Assembly: GCA_035281645.1 (NCBI GenBank)
Contig: DATEDN010000145.1
Span: 65,684-129,683 of the forward strand
DNA: 64,000 bases
Reading direction: 5' to 3'
Source of the DNA: Acidimicrobiia bacterium
Lineage (GTDB): Bacteria > Actinomycetota > Acidimicrobiia > Spongiisociales > ZC4RG35
Shown here: positions 31,478 to 40,225 of the stretch, piece by piece
Numbering within the stretch: position 1 is the first letter of the stretch
How the letters are laid out: every line of letters starts with the position of its first letter
Notes under the pieces: generated by a model
Database searches by the model: none
The model's input: the letters and a program-made list of their open reading frames with translations, nothing else
What the model was told of the DNA's origin: nothing
Translations under genes and position numbers: made by a program

Positions 31478-32996
31478 CGATCGAGTCCGAGATGTCGAGG
31501 TTGGGTCCGATCCCGACCTGAACCGAAGTGTCCTCGCAATCGACTTTCGCATTTGCAACTGCAGCCGCCCGGACCCAGGCTTCCATCGATTCACATAGGG
31601 AAGTCGGGCCGGCACCACTGTCGACCAGATTCAAAAGGATGGCGGTATCGGAGTCGCGCGCCCAAACGGTGGCCGTTCCCCCACCCCAGGAACGAACTCT
31701 CTCCCGGACATCGTCGAGGGCGGCGGAGGTGTCGTCGCCGGGGGCCGAAAAAAGGTTGAGGAGGTCGACGGCGCCGAACCCGGCCGTCCGCAGCTCGGAC
31801 CACCCCTCGCCTGGACTTCCTGCCGCCGCCGGGGTTTCCGGCTCCCAGCCATCCTGGTAGAGCTCGGGGAACAAAATCTCCGCCGTTGTGTCGGGCGGAT
31901 CGTCGTAAGCGGCATCTACCGCCTCCCATCCGCCATCGGCATAAAGGGCACATGCGAAGCTCATTCCCTCGAGGTAAGGAAGCTGCAAGCCATTCGAGAG
32001 GATGTAAGGGACTTCGTCCAGATCCGCCTGGGAAGCGGCCAGACGGGGATCGAGGATCATCCCGAATTGGTCCATGAGATCGATCGCTCCCAATGAGAAC
32101 TGCTGCATGCCCAACGTGGCATCGCCCTCGATCAGGGCCTGAATCGCCCGGACCCGCTCGGGGTCGGCGCGGGGATCGTCGATGATGTCGGGAAAGTTCA
32201 AATTGGAATCGGTCAAGGCATGAATCAACTCGTGGGCGAGGGTCACCTGATCGATGGGATCAAGGGGAGAATCGCTGGCAGTGGTGGCGACGACGAGATC
32301 GTTGCTATCGGGGTCGTAGTAGCCGGCGACAGCGGAGTCGAGCAAGTCGAGTTGGGTCTCTACGAGGTCGAAGCCCGGATCCAGCATCCCCAGCCCCACC
32401 CACAACCTGGTGTCGAACTCGACGACGTCGGCGGGCAACTCTTCGGCCGCGAGATCGCGCACCCGCTCGCCCATCTCCTCGGGGCTGACCAGGATCGGAT
32501 CGACGTCGCCTCTGAACTCGAGCTCTCGGATGTCGCTGACCGCGAGGGCGATGTCGTCGATCTGGGCCTCGAGGTTGTCGTTTGCGATCTCGATCGAACC
32601 CGGTACGGCGGTGAGACAGGAGCCGAGATCGGGGTTGGCTCCGCCAAACAGGCTCCCCAGACCGTCTTCGCCGCCGAAGAGGTCGCTCAGATCGCCGCCC
32701 GCTCCGCCGAAGAGGTCGCCCAGGAGATCATCCAGGTTGCCTGATCCTTCGCCGCCAAGAAGGCCACCGAGGAGATCCTCGAGTCCCGACGCTCCGTTGT
32801 CGGGCGCGGAAGCCAGCTCGTCCTCCAAATCGGCGATCCGTGACTCGGCGGAGGCAAGCTGGTTCGAAAGGTCGGAGACATCGTCGTTGAGCCGGCCAAT
32901 CGTCGTCATAGCCACCACTCCGAGGACTCCGAGAAGAAGCACCAGCAAGGCAAGGATCGAGGTGACGACGACGGCCGCAAGCGGCCATCTATTCAT
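31470..32996 (-). CDS. Membrane-anchored protein with coiled coil, Gly/Leu/Asp low-complexity linker and a putative gluzincin-like (HExxH) domain
   Basis: TM (PLAAVVVTSILALLVLLLGVLGVVAM), coiled coil, (D/E)L(L/F)GG repeats, then AGYYDPDSNDLVV, TLAHELIHALTD and ALIEGDATL. An HExxH followed by a downstream EGDA is reminiscent of peptidase-MA-like domains. The family assignment is unverified. Confidence 0.5.
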   Translation of the reverse strand: MNRWPLAAVVVTSILALLVLLLGVLGVVAMTTIGRLNDDVSDLSNQLASAESRIADLEDELASAPDNGASGLEDLLGGLLGGEGSGNLDDLLGDLFGGAGGDLSDLFGGEDGLGSLFGGANPDLGSCLTAVPGSIEIANDNLEAQIDDIALAVSDIRELEFRGDVDPILVSPEEMGERVRDLAAEELPADVVEFDTRLWVGLGMLDPGFDLVETQLDLLDSAVAGYYDPDSNDLVVATTASDSPLDPIDQVTLAHELIHALTDSNLNFPDIIDDPRADPERVRAIQALIEGDATLGMQQFSLGAIDLMDQFGMILDPRLAASQADLDEVPYILSNGLQLPYLEGMSFACALYADGGWEAVDAAYDDPPDTTAEILFPELYQDGWEPETPAAAGSPGEGWSELRTAGFGAVDLLNLFSAPGDDTSAALDDVRERVRSWGGGTATVWARDSDTAILLNLVDSGAGPTSLCESMEAWVRAAAVANAKVDCEDTSVQVGIGPNLDISDSIVE

Positions 32997-33043
32997 TCTT
33001 GCGTAAAACCCCTGGGACTTAGGGCGCGAATTCTACGCAAGAA
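32996..33043. repeat. Palindromic intergenic element, family A, copy 2 (TTCTTGCGTAAAA-N22-TTCTACGCAAGAA)
   Basis: Lies 7 nt after the AAA ATPase stop (33050). The start codon (32996-32994) of the downstream minus-strand gene uses the last base of the element. The flank TACGCAAGAATGAA is shared with copy 1. Confidence 0.8.
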
Positions 33044-33049
33044 CGAATT

Positions 33050-35077
33050 TCAAGAAGAGGCGGCCTGTGACGACTGCCAGCGCTTGATCGCCGCTATTAG
33101 ATGAATCCACTCGACCTGGCGCGCCTTCGAATCGGCCCGGAGGGCGGCAAGGGCCGATTCCCGCAGCACGCCGGCGAGGTCGGCCATGGACATCCCCTCT
33201 GTCACCTCGGCCAGCTTGGCCTTGTCGACATCGTCGGCGAAGGGAACGTCGGAGAGATCGATGAGGGCGCGGCGGGCGGCGGCATCAGGCAGTCCAATCT
33301 CGATCTGGGTCTCGAAACGGCCGGCCCGTAGCAAGGCGGGGTCGATCAGATCTGCCCGGTTGGTGGCGCCGATGACGGCCACATTGCCTCGCTCGGTGAT
33401 TCCGTCCATCTCGGTGAGGAGGGCGGCCACGACCGAGTCGGTGACCGTGGTGGTCGAGCGCCCTCGCACCGGGGCTAGAGCGTCGATCTCATCGAAGAAG
33501 ATGATGGCCGGCGCTGCCGCCCGGGCTCGGCTGAAGAGCTCACGTACGGCTCGCTCGGATTCCCCAACGTATTTGTCCAAGAGCTCGGCACCTTTGACGG
33601 GGAAAAAGGCGCTCCCCGCTTCGTGGGCGAGGGCACGGACGACAAAGGTCTTGCCGGTCCCCGGGGGACCATAGAGAAGGATGCCGCGGGGTGGATCGAT
33701 GCCCATGCTCTGGAAGCGGCCGGGATCGGTAATCGGCCAAACCACAGCCTCGACCAGCCGTTGCTTGACTTCGTCGAGGTTGGCTACCTTGTCGAACCCG
33801 TAGTTGGGCATTTCCCCCAGCGAGAGCGACCCGAGGGAAGGATTCGTGTCGCGGATTGCCTCGATGAGGTCGTCGTTGGTGAGCTTGGCACCGGGTGTGC
33901 GAGCGAGTCGGGTCGAGGCCTGAATCACCGCCGCCACCACGTCGGTGCCGCTGAACCCGGCCGAGCGTCCGGCAAGCAACGCGTAATCGATATCCGCCGC
34001 CGGAACCCGTGCCAGAGCCGCCTCGAAGAGAAGCTGTCGCCGGTGGAGGTCAGGCGGGGGAATCGTCAACGACCGGGGAAGCAACGGGCTAGAGGCGATC
34101 GCCGCATCGAGCGCCGCTCGAGAGGAGCAGCCGATCACACAGGCCCGACCGGGCTGAGACGTCAAGGAGTCGAGAAACCAACGAAGGACTGCTGTCATCT
34201 GGGTACGGAACGGAGCCATGCCTTCGTCTCCGGAGACCAATTCGAGGCGGTCGACGAAGATCACGGCCGGAGCCGAAGTGGTCCGGATTGCCGCCTCGAG
34301 CACGTCGAGCAACTTCTCGGGCTTGAAGACCTGGTCGAGTGGGACCTCGTGGACGCTGGCTCCGGCCTCGGCTGCGGCAGCGGCGACCAACTCGGACTTC
34401 CCACAGCCTTGGGGGCCTTCGAGGAGGACGCCGGCTACGCGCGGCAGTCCCCAGGCGGTAGGAAGATCGGAGCTGGACGTGAGGAGCGAGAGCCAGCCGG
34501 TGAGGAGATCCCTTTGATCGTCGAGTCCCGCCAAGAGGGCCTCCGATCGACTCGGCCCCGGCGCAGGAGCAGGCGCGGTCTGCTCCCGCTTTTCGAGTGG
34601 GCCCTGCACCTCCGGGCTCGGTTCGTCATCGTCGCCGAAGATGAACCGTGTGCCGGGTCCGACCAGGCCAGCATCGCCAGGTTCGACCTGAACCACTCTG
34701 ACCGCGACCACTTCGGTAGTTCCCGTTTCCGCGCCCGGTATCGAGGCCTGGTCGCCGTCGGAGAGAGGGCGGCCCTGCCAGTAACGCTGCAGCACCTTGG
34801 CATCGACGAGCCGGTCGCCGCTCAGCCGGACGACGGCGGCATGACCGAGGACGGCTCGGACCGCATCGACCGATTGGCCCTCGGCGACATCGGCATTCGA
34901 CATCGCCTGCGGGCCAAGGTGGAGGGCAGTGCTGTCTTTAGTATCGCCAGCTTTGACCAAAACGTGGGTCTTCCCGATCTTCAAAACCCCTCCATAGGGA
35001 AGGCCTAATGCCTTCAAAAGGGTGGCATCGGCACGAGCAACGGGGTCGACGCCCTGGCGAACGATGAATCGCATCAA
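33050..35077 (-). CDS. Cdc48/p97-like double-AAA+ ATPase
   Basis: N-domain-like start (GLPYGGVLKIGKTHVLVKA). D1 has a divergent Walker A GPQGCGKS. D2 has GPPGTGKT, Walker B IIFFDEIDAL and a second region of homology (GATNRADLIDPALLRAGRF). The architecture resembles actinobacterial Cdc48-like proteins (Cpa / Rv0435c type). Confidence 0.85.
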   Translation of the reverse strand: MMRFIVRQGVDPVARADATLLKALGLPYGGVLKIGKTHVLVKAGDTKDSTALHLGPQAMSNADVAEGQSVDAVRAVLGHAAVVRLSGDRLVDAKVLQRYWQGRPLSDGDQASIPGAETGTTEVVAVRVVQVEPGDAGLVGPGTRFIFGDDDEPSPEVQGPLEKREQTAPAPAPGPSRSEALLAGLDDQRDLLTGWLSLLTSSSDLPTAWGLPRVAGVLLEGPQGCGKSELVAAAAAEAGASVHEVPLDQVFKPEKLLDVLEAAIRTTSAPAVIFVDRLELVSGDEGMAPFRTQMTAVLRWFLDSLTSQPGRACVIGCSSRAALDAAIASSPLLPRSLTIPPPDLHRRQLLFEAALARVPAADIDYALLAGRSAGFSGTDVVAAVIQASTRLARTPGAKLTNDDLIEAIRDTNPSLGSLSLGEMPNYGFDKVANLDEVKQRLVEAVVWPITDPGRFQSMGIDPPRGILLYGPPGTGKTFVVRALAHEAGSAFFPVKGAELLDKYVGESERAVRELFSRARAAAPAIIFFDEIDALAPVRGRSTTTVTDSVVAALLTEMDGITERGNVAVIGATNRADLIDPALLRAGRFETQIEIGLPDAAARRALIDLSDVPFADDVDKAKLAEVTEGMSMADLAGVLRESALAALRADSKARQVEWIHLIAAIKRWQSSQAASS

Positions 35078-35096
35078 GGGCGATGGTAGGAAGAGG

Positions 35097-36779
35097 TCAG
35101 GCGGCGCTTAGATGGGGAATCGCTGCCGCCGGGAGAACCAGCGGTCCGCTCGATTCGATGACCCGAACCCTGCCACCAGTCATCCATTGCCAGATCAGGT
35201 GGGCCTCCTCGGCGGCGTCCATGGTGGGTGGCACCGGATAGCTGGCGGCTGGGGGACCGTCGTCGGGCTCGATCGGCGTGGCCAGCAAAGGCGGGGTCTG
35301 CCCAGCTCTCCACGCCGCCACGAGCCGTCCCTGATCGACCACCACCCGCTCGCCCAGGTTGCTTTCCAATTCGATCCGGCCGGCGGCGGACAGTGCCTGC
35401 CAGGCCCGGGCCCGCTCCAAGGCCCGGGCGAGGGCCCGATGGCGATCGCGCATCTGAGCGGCCTCCTCAAACCGGCGCTCGCTGGCCAGACGCCGCATCT
35501 TGTGAGCGATGGGATCGAGGACCAACCCGGGATCCTGACCGAGGGCGCCGACGATGGTGTCTATCACCTGTGCGTAGAGATCGGCGCTGAGCCCACCCGC
35601 ACAGGGACAAAGCGCCACCCCCATCTGCCCCGGAGCGCAGAGGCCTTGACGACTTCCTGCCCGGCCCGTGCAGCGGCGCAGTTGGGTCGACGCCCATAGG
35701 GCTTCCACGACCAGGTCGGCGGCCCTTTTGGAGCGAAAAGGGCCGAGCCACATTCGCCCCCGGCTGGCCAAATTGTGGGCGATGCTGAGACGCGGGAACT
35801 GCTCCTCGGTGAGGCGGACAAAAAGCGTGCGTCGGGGTGGGCGGGAGCGCTGATTGAAACGAGGCCGCTGAGCGTGGATCAGACGCAGCTCGGTGATCTC
35901 CGATTCCAGGCTGTGGGCGCAAACCCGGTACTCGACTCGATGCAGTTGTCGAAGAAGATCGCCGATCCGACGCCTTTCATCTCCATAGAAGTAGCTGCGG
36001 ACCCGGGTACGAAGGTTGTCGGCCTTTCCCACGTAGATGAGCTCCTCGTTCCGATCGAAGAACATGTAAACGCCGGGAGAGCGGGGAAGTCCTTCGGTGA
36101 GATGGAGCTTTTGGTAGTAGCTCGATCCCCGGGCGGTGGGAAGCAGCAGAAGCTCGTCAAGACCGGTGATCCCGATCGTTCCGGCCCGTTCGAGCAAGGC
36201 GTGGAAGACATGGGCGGTGGCCCGGGCATCTTCCAACGCCCGGTGGATGGGGGGAAAGGGGGAGCGGAAGTGACGGGCGAGGGTCGCCAGGGTGAGGTCA
36301 CGAACCTCGGGCCGGATCAGCCTTCGAGCCAGGCCAACCGTGTCGACGTGTCTTCTCCCGGCGGGTTCTGAGCCAACCAGGGGATAGTCGAGTCGTCTGC
36401 AGACAGAGTCGAGAAATGACAGGTCGAAACGGACATTGTGACCGACGATGATCGTGCCTCGACAGAACTCGAGGAAGGGGGGGAGGGCGGCCTCGATCGG
36501 AGGAGCGGCCACCACCATTTGTTGGGTGATCCCGGTGAGGATGGTGATGAACGGGGGGATGCCGACGCCAGGGTTGACGAGGGTGGCAAATGATCCCACC
36601 AGTTCCCCGCCGCGGTACTTCACCGCTCCGATCTCAGTGATGGAGCAGGTCCGCGGGGAACCACCCGTGGTTTCGAGATCGAGCACGCAGAAGGTGACGT
36701 CGTAAAGCGGGGCTCCCAGATCGTCGAGGGTGAGCTGGCGCACCTTGGCACCATAAATCGAACAACTGTTCGAAGGCAA
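35097..36779 (-). CDS. DEDD 3'-5' exonuclease (DnaQ-like) fused to a GIY-YIG nuclease domain
   Basis: Exo motifs FCVLDLETTG, GHNVRFDLSFL, HRALEDARATAHV, followed by GIY-YIG (PGVYMFFDRNEELIYVGKADNLRTRVRSYF). The architecture is as in mycobacterial Rv2191-type proteins. Confidence 0.8.
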   Translation of the reverse strand: MPSNSCSIYGAKVRQLTLDDLGAPLYDVTFCVLDLETTGGSPRTCSITEIGAVKYRGGELVGSFATLVNPGVGIPPFITILTGITQQMVVAAPPIEAALPPFLEFCRGTIIVGHNVRFDLSFLDSVCRRLDYPLVGSEPAGRRHVDTVGLARRLIRPEVRDLTLATLARHFRSPFPPIHRALEDARATAHVFHALLERAGTIGITGLDELLLLPTARGSSYYQKLHLTEGLPRSPGVYMFFDRNEELIYVGKADNLRTRVRSYFYGDERRRIGDLLRQLHRVEYRVCAHSLESEITELRLIHAQRPRFNQRSRPPRRTLFVRLTEEQFPRLSIAHNLASRGRMWLGPFRSKRAADLVVEALWASTQLRRCTGRAGSRQGLCAPGQMGVALCPCAGGLSADLYAQVIDTIVGALGQDPGLVLDPIAHKMRRLASERRFEEAAQMRDRHRALARALERARAWQALSAAGRIELESNLGERVVVDQGRLVAAWRAGQTPPLLATPIEPDDGPPAASYPVPPTMDAAEEAHLIWQWMTGGRVRVIESSGPLVLPAAAIPHLSAA

Positions 36780-36788
36780 GGACCACGT

Positions 36789-37337
36789 CTAGGGGCGGTG
36801 GTGGTGCCGGTCGACCTCGTCACGTTGGTAGATCTCTTCGAGGCGTCGGCGAGCCCGATGGATCGCCACCCGCACGGTGCCGATGGCGGTGCCCAAGCGG
36901 CCGCCGATCTCCTCATATTCGAGTCCCTCAACCTCTCTTAACCACAGAAGCTCGCGGTCCCGCGGCGAGAGCTGAGCTAGAGCGGCCAGGATGCGACGGT
37001 GCTCTTCCCTTTCGATAGAGAGCTCTTCGGGAGTCGCCGGGGAAATCATGGCGTCGGTGGGCCGGGCACTTCGGCGTCGCCGATAAAAGTTGCGCAAGCG
37101 GTTGCGGGCGATCGACCAGAACCAGGCTTCGAAAGCCTGCGGTTCCCGCAGACGGGATATCCCCTTGACGATGGCTTCCGCAGTCTCGGCGGCAAGATCG
37201 TCGGCGCTATGCAAATCGAGCCCGAGTCCGAGGAAGAAGGCGACTATCCGCGGGTGGCCGAGGGTGAGGAGTTCAGTCAGTGCCCTCGAGTCGCCGGCAA
37301 TCGCCTGTCGGACGGTGTCGGCGTAAGGGGGCCACAC
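36789..37337 (-). CDS. ECF-type RNA polymerase sigma-70 factor
   Basis: Region 2 (FEAWFWSIARNRLRNFYRRR) and region 4 (RELLWLREVEGLEYEEIGGRLGTAIGTVRVAIHRARRRL). GTG start. Confidence 0.85.
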   Translation of the reverse strand: MWPPYADTVRQAIAGDSRALTELLTLGHPRIVAFFLGLGLDLHSADDLAAETAEAIVKGISRLREPQAFEAWFWSIARNRLRNFYRRRRSARPTDAMISPATPEELSIEREEHRRILAALAQLSPRDRELLWLREVEGLEYEEIGGRLGTAIGTVRVAIHRARRRLEEIYQRDEVDRHHHRP

Positions 37338-37416
37338 CTAAATCTGGAGGGCCGGGTCCACCGCGCCCAGATCCCTAGCCATCCTCACAGACTATTGCCT
37401 GCGAGTTGCTCCCCCC

Positions 37417-38142
37417 TTAGGGATTGGAACTGCCCTGCCCCCGGCCGCCGCCCTGGCTGCCCGCACGATCCTGTCCGGGGGCGATATCCGAAGGGTTATC
37501 TGTCTGTCCGGGGGCGGTCACTCCAGGATTCTCACCACCAGCGACCCCCTGGCTGGCGGTCTCGGCCACCTCCCGGGCTGCCGCTTTGACATTGCTGATT
37601 GCATCTTCCAGGGCGTCGGGGTCACCGCTTTGAGCAGCTTCATGCACGGAGGAAGCAGCTCCCACCAGGTCTTTCACCTCGTCGCGCACGGCTAGCGAGC
37701 TGCCGCTTCCAGAGAGCACGCCGACCTCGGCTTGGAGGCTCTCATCGTCTGCCAGGATCTCTGTGACGACTAGGAGCGCCCGGTCGGTGTGACCACCCTC
37801 GGCCAGTTCCAGCGCCTCCGCCACGCGCTCGGGAACATGGTCCTGGGCTGCGAATCGGTCGGATACCCATTCGTAGGCCCGATCTACCGGATACAAGAAT
37901 TCACCGGGGACAGCAGGATCGGCAGCCTGGGCCAGGGCCACGTTGGCGAGGGCAAATAGAGCGGTGCTGACGACGACTGCAATCCAGGCCCGGGACCTTC
38001 GTGGGCGACGTCGTCCCACGGCGGCAGCCGCCACCCGACGGGAATCGTCGGCAGCCACCCGCTGGCGGAGGAACTCCCCGAGTGATCGGAGATCCTCGTA
38101 TGGACGGTTTCTAGACATCACCTCGACTCGCAGGTAGCTCAT
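37417..38142 (-). CDS. Single-pass membrane protein, possible anti-sigma/DUF5667-like partner of the downstream ECF sigma
   Basis: Arg-rich cytoplasmic N-terminus, TM (AWIAVVVSTALFALANVALA), helical Ala/Glu-rich ectodomain and a Gly-rich tail. Function is inferred only from adjacency. An alternative start MSRNRP is at 38118. Confidence 0.45.
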   Translation of the reverse strand: MSYLRVEVMSRNRPYEDLRSLGEFLRQRVAADDSRRVAAAAVGRRRPRRSRAWIAVVVSTALFALANVALAQAADPAVPGEFLYPVDRAYEWVSDRFAAQDHVPERVAEALELAEGGHTDRALLVVTEILADDESLQAEVGVLSGSGSSLAVRDEVKDLVGAASSVHEAAQSGDPDALEDAISNVKAAAREVAETASQGVAGGENPGVTAPGQTDNPSDIAPGQDRAGSQGGGRGQGSSNP

Positions 38143-38794
38143 CCTCGGTTTTCGTTACAGGATTGCTATGGGCCTCCTGACCGTAACTAGCCCCTTTCTG
38201 AGGTCTCCAGCGCTCGTAATGCACCACCAGATCTTGGGCTTTCCAACCCCGCTCGAGAGACCGCGAGCGCCGATCCGGGAGAGGAAAGCCCAGAGTCACG
38301 ATCCCCAACGGGTTCACCTCCGCGGGGATCTCAAGGAGTTCACGGAGGCCGGGGAGGGAGTGGACGCCTATAAAACCGGCCGCCAGACCCTCCTCCACTG
38401 CTCCCAGCAGCACCAGCATCAGTGCGGCTCCGGCGTCCACCCACCAATACGGGATCGGCCATTCGATCTCCGATCCATCCGATCTGAGCTTGTCGGGTTC
38501 TTGGTAGCGCTCGTGGTAAGCCTGCTCGGACACGGCCACCACGAGGTGAACCGGAGCTTTCGAAATCCAAGGGTCGAAGCCGGTGGCAACGTAGGTCGAT
38601 TCCTCGGCCAGTTCGGCGATGGCTTGTCGGGTCGACTCCTCGGTGACGACGATGAAGCTTACGCCCTGGCTAAAGCCAGCCGAAGGGGCTTTGCGTGCGG
38701 CGCTGACAATCCGCTCGATGGATTCCGCTGGTACCGGGTCGGGTCGGAAGTTGCGGACCATTCGTCGCTTCCGGAGAACGTCGACGAAGTCCAT
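38111..38794 (-). CDS. Nitroreductase family protein
   Basis: VLRKRRMVRNFRPDPVPAESIERIVSAARKAPSAGFSQG; 227 aa. Confidence 0.8.
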   Translation of the reverse strand: MDFVDVLRKRRMVRNFRPDPVPAESIERIVSAARKAPSAGFSQGVSFIVVTEESTRQAIAELAEESTYVATGFDPWISKAPVHLVVAVSEQAYHERYQEPDKLRSDGSEIEWPIPYWWVDAGAALMLVLLGAVEEGLAAGFIGVHSLPGLRELLEIPAEVNPLGIVTLGFPLPDRRSRSLERGWKAQDLVVHYERWRPQKGASYGQEAHSNPVTKTEDELPASRGDV

Positions 38795-38797
38795 GGC

Positions 38798-39913
38798 TTA
38801 TAAGCCGCCGGCCACCAGTTCCCGAATGCGGGGGTGCCTGACCTCGCCGCCGTAGGTCACGGTGACCTGGTTCAAGATGTCATCGGAGAGATCGAGAAAC
38901 CCATCTGGACCGATGATCTCGATGAGGGCGGCGACGTTGCGGGAATACATCTGGCTGGCGTCGTAGGGTTTGCGGGAGGGGAGATCGGTATAGCCAATCA
39001 CGTGCACCCCTCCATGCTCGAATGCCTCTCCGGGCTTCGTGAGAGCGCAATTGCCACCGGTGGTGGCGGCGACGTCGACGACTACCGATCCCGGTCGCAT
39101 CGACTCCACCATCGCGGTCGTGATGAGGAGCGGCGCCTCCTTGCCGGGGATGGCGGCCGTGGCGATAACGACATCAGCCGTCGCCACCGGGCCAGCCAGG
39201 CTGGCCCGCACCCTTTCCTCGGCGTCGGTTTCGAGCGCACGGGCGTAGCCGCCATTGCTAGCGGCATCCTGGGGCTCCAGCTCGGACTCGATAAAGCTCG
39301 CACCGAGGCTGCGGATCTGCTCGGCGGCCGCGGCTCGCACGTCGAAGGCCGAGACCACCGCCCCCAGCCGGCGGCAGGTGGCGATGGCCTGCAGACCCGC
39401 CACCCCGGCTCCGAGGACGAGCGCCCGGGCGGGCGGGATTGTGCCTGCGGCGGTGGTCAGCATCGGAAAGAATCGATCACATGCCTTGGCTCCTTCAAGA
39501 GCCGCCTGGTAGCCCGAAACCGTCGCTTGCGAGGAAAGGGCGTCCATCGCCTGTGCCCGGGTGGTGCGGGGAACGAGCTCGAATGCCAGCCCTGCGATCC
39601 CACGGCTGGCATAGGAAGACATCTGCCCAGGGTCCTCGAGCGGGCGTAGCAAGCCGAGAACCATGGTGTGCCGAAGGCTGGAGTCTCGGGGTGCGTTGAC
39701 CGTCGCCACCAGATCCGACTCGAACACATCCGCCCGCCCAACCACCGTTGCCCCCTCTGCTCGGTAGGCGTCATCGGAAAGTCCGGCCCGGGCCCCTGCT
39801 CGCTCCTCAACCATAACCGAGTGACCCCTCTGGGTGAGCCGCTTGACGATGTGGGGCGTGATCGCCACCCGTCGTTCTGCGGTCTCGGTCTCTCGGAGGA
39901 CGCCGATCTTCAT
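38798..39913 (-). CDS. pntA: NAD(P) transhydrogenase alpha subunit part 1 (PntAA, dI domain)-like protein
   Basis: MKIGVLRETETAERRVAITP, VNAP, SGYQAALEGA...FFPMLTTAAGTIPPARALVLGAGVAGLQAIATCRRLGAVVSAFDVR align, from memory, with E. coli PntA dI. No pntAB or pntB gene is adjacent. Confidence 0.75.
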   Translation of the reverse strand: MKIGVLRETETAERRVAITPHIVKRLTQRGHSVMVEERAGARAGLSDDAYRAEGATVVGRADVFESDLVATVNAPRDSSLRHTMVLGLLRPLEDPGQMSSYASRGIAGLAFELVPRTTRAQAMDALSSQATVSGYQAALEGAKACDRFFPMLTTAAGTIPPARALVLGAGVAGLQAIATCRRLGAVVSAFDVRAAAAEQIRSLGASFIESELEPQDAASNGGYARALETDAEERVRASLAGPVATADVVIATAAIPGKEAPLLITTAMVESMRPGSVVVDVAATTGGNCALTKPGEAFEHGGVHVIGYTDLPSRKPYDASQMYSRNVAALIEIIGPDGFLDLSDDILNQVTVTYGGEVRHPRIRELVAGGL

Positions 39914-39951
39914 GGAAAAAGACTAAAGAGGGAACAGAAAAGACGAAAGAC

Positions 39952-40026
39952 GGACAGACATCAGACTTCAGACATCAGATCGAGCCGCGGACTATCTGAA
40001 ATCTGACATCTGATGTCTGTTGTCTG
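39952..40026. repeat. Heptamer-array palindromic element, family C, copy 1
   Basis: CAGACAT CAGACTT CAGACAT CAGAT - cgagccgcggact - ATCTGAA ATCTGAC ATCTGAT GTCTGTT GTCTG. An AT-rich island in a GC-rich genome, related to 54843-54928. Confidence 0.8.
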
Positions 40027-40225
40027 GCACACTGACCGCCCATGACGGGGTGCCCTGATCTGGCCGGTTGACCCGCAGGCCCCGATTCCGGGTCTCGGCA
40101 GCCGAGACCCGCGGGTCTGTTACACCCGGGGCAAAGGTTGTTCAGAGCTGGCGGAGCTCCTCGCTCCGGCGTCAAGCCGGGTCACCGGCGACCTCGACGA
40201 AGCCTGCATCCGTGCCCGCGCCGAC

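Noticed and set aside
39952-40026. Possibility that the heptamer arrays (here and at 54843-54928) form a CRISPR array.
   Set aside because: The units are 7 bp, contiguous and without spacers, arranged as inverted arrays, and there are no cas genes. This is not CRISPR architecture.
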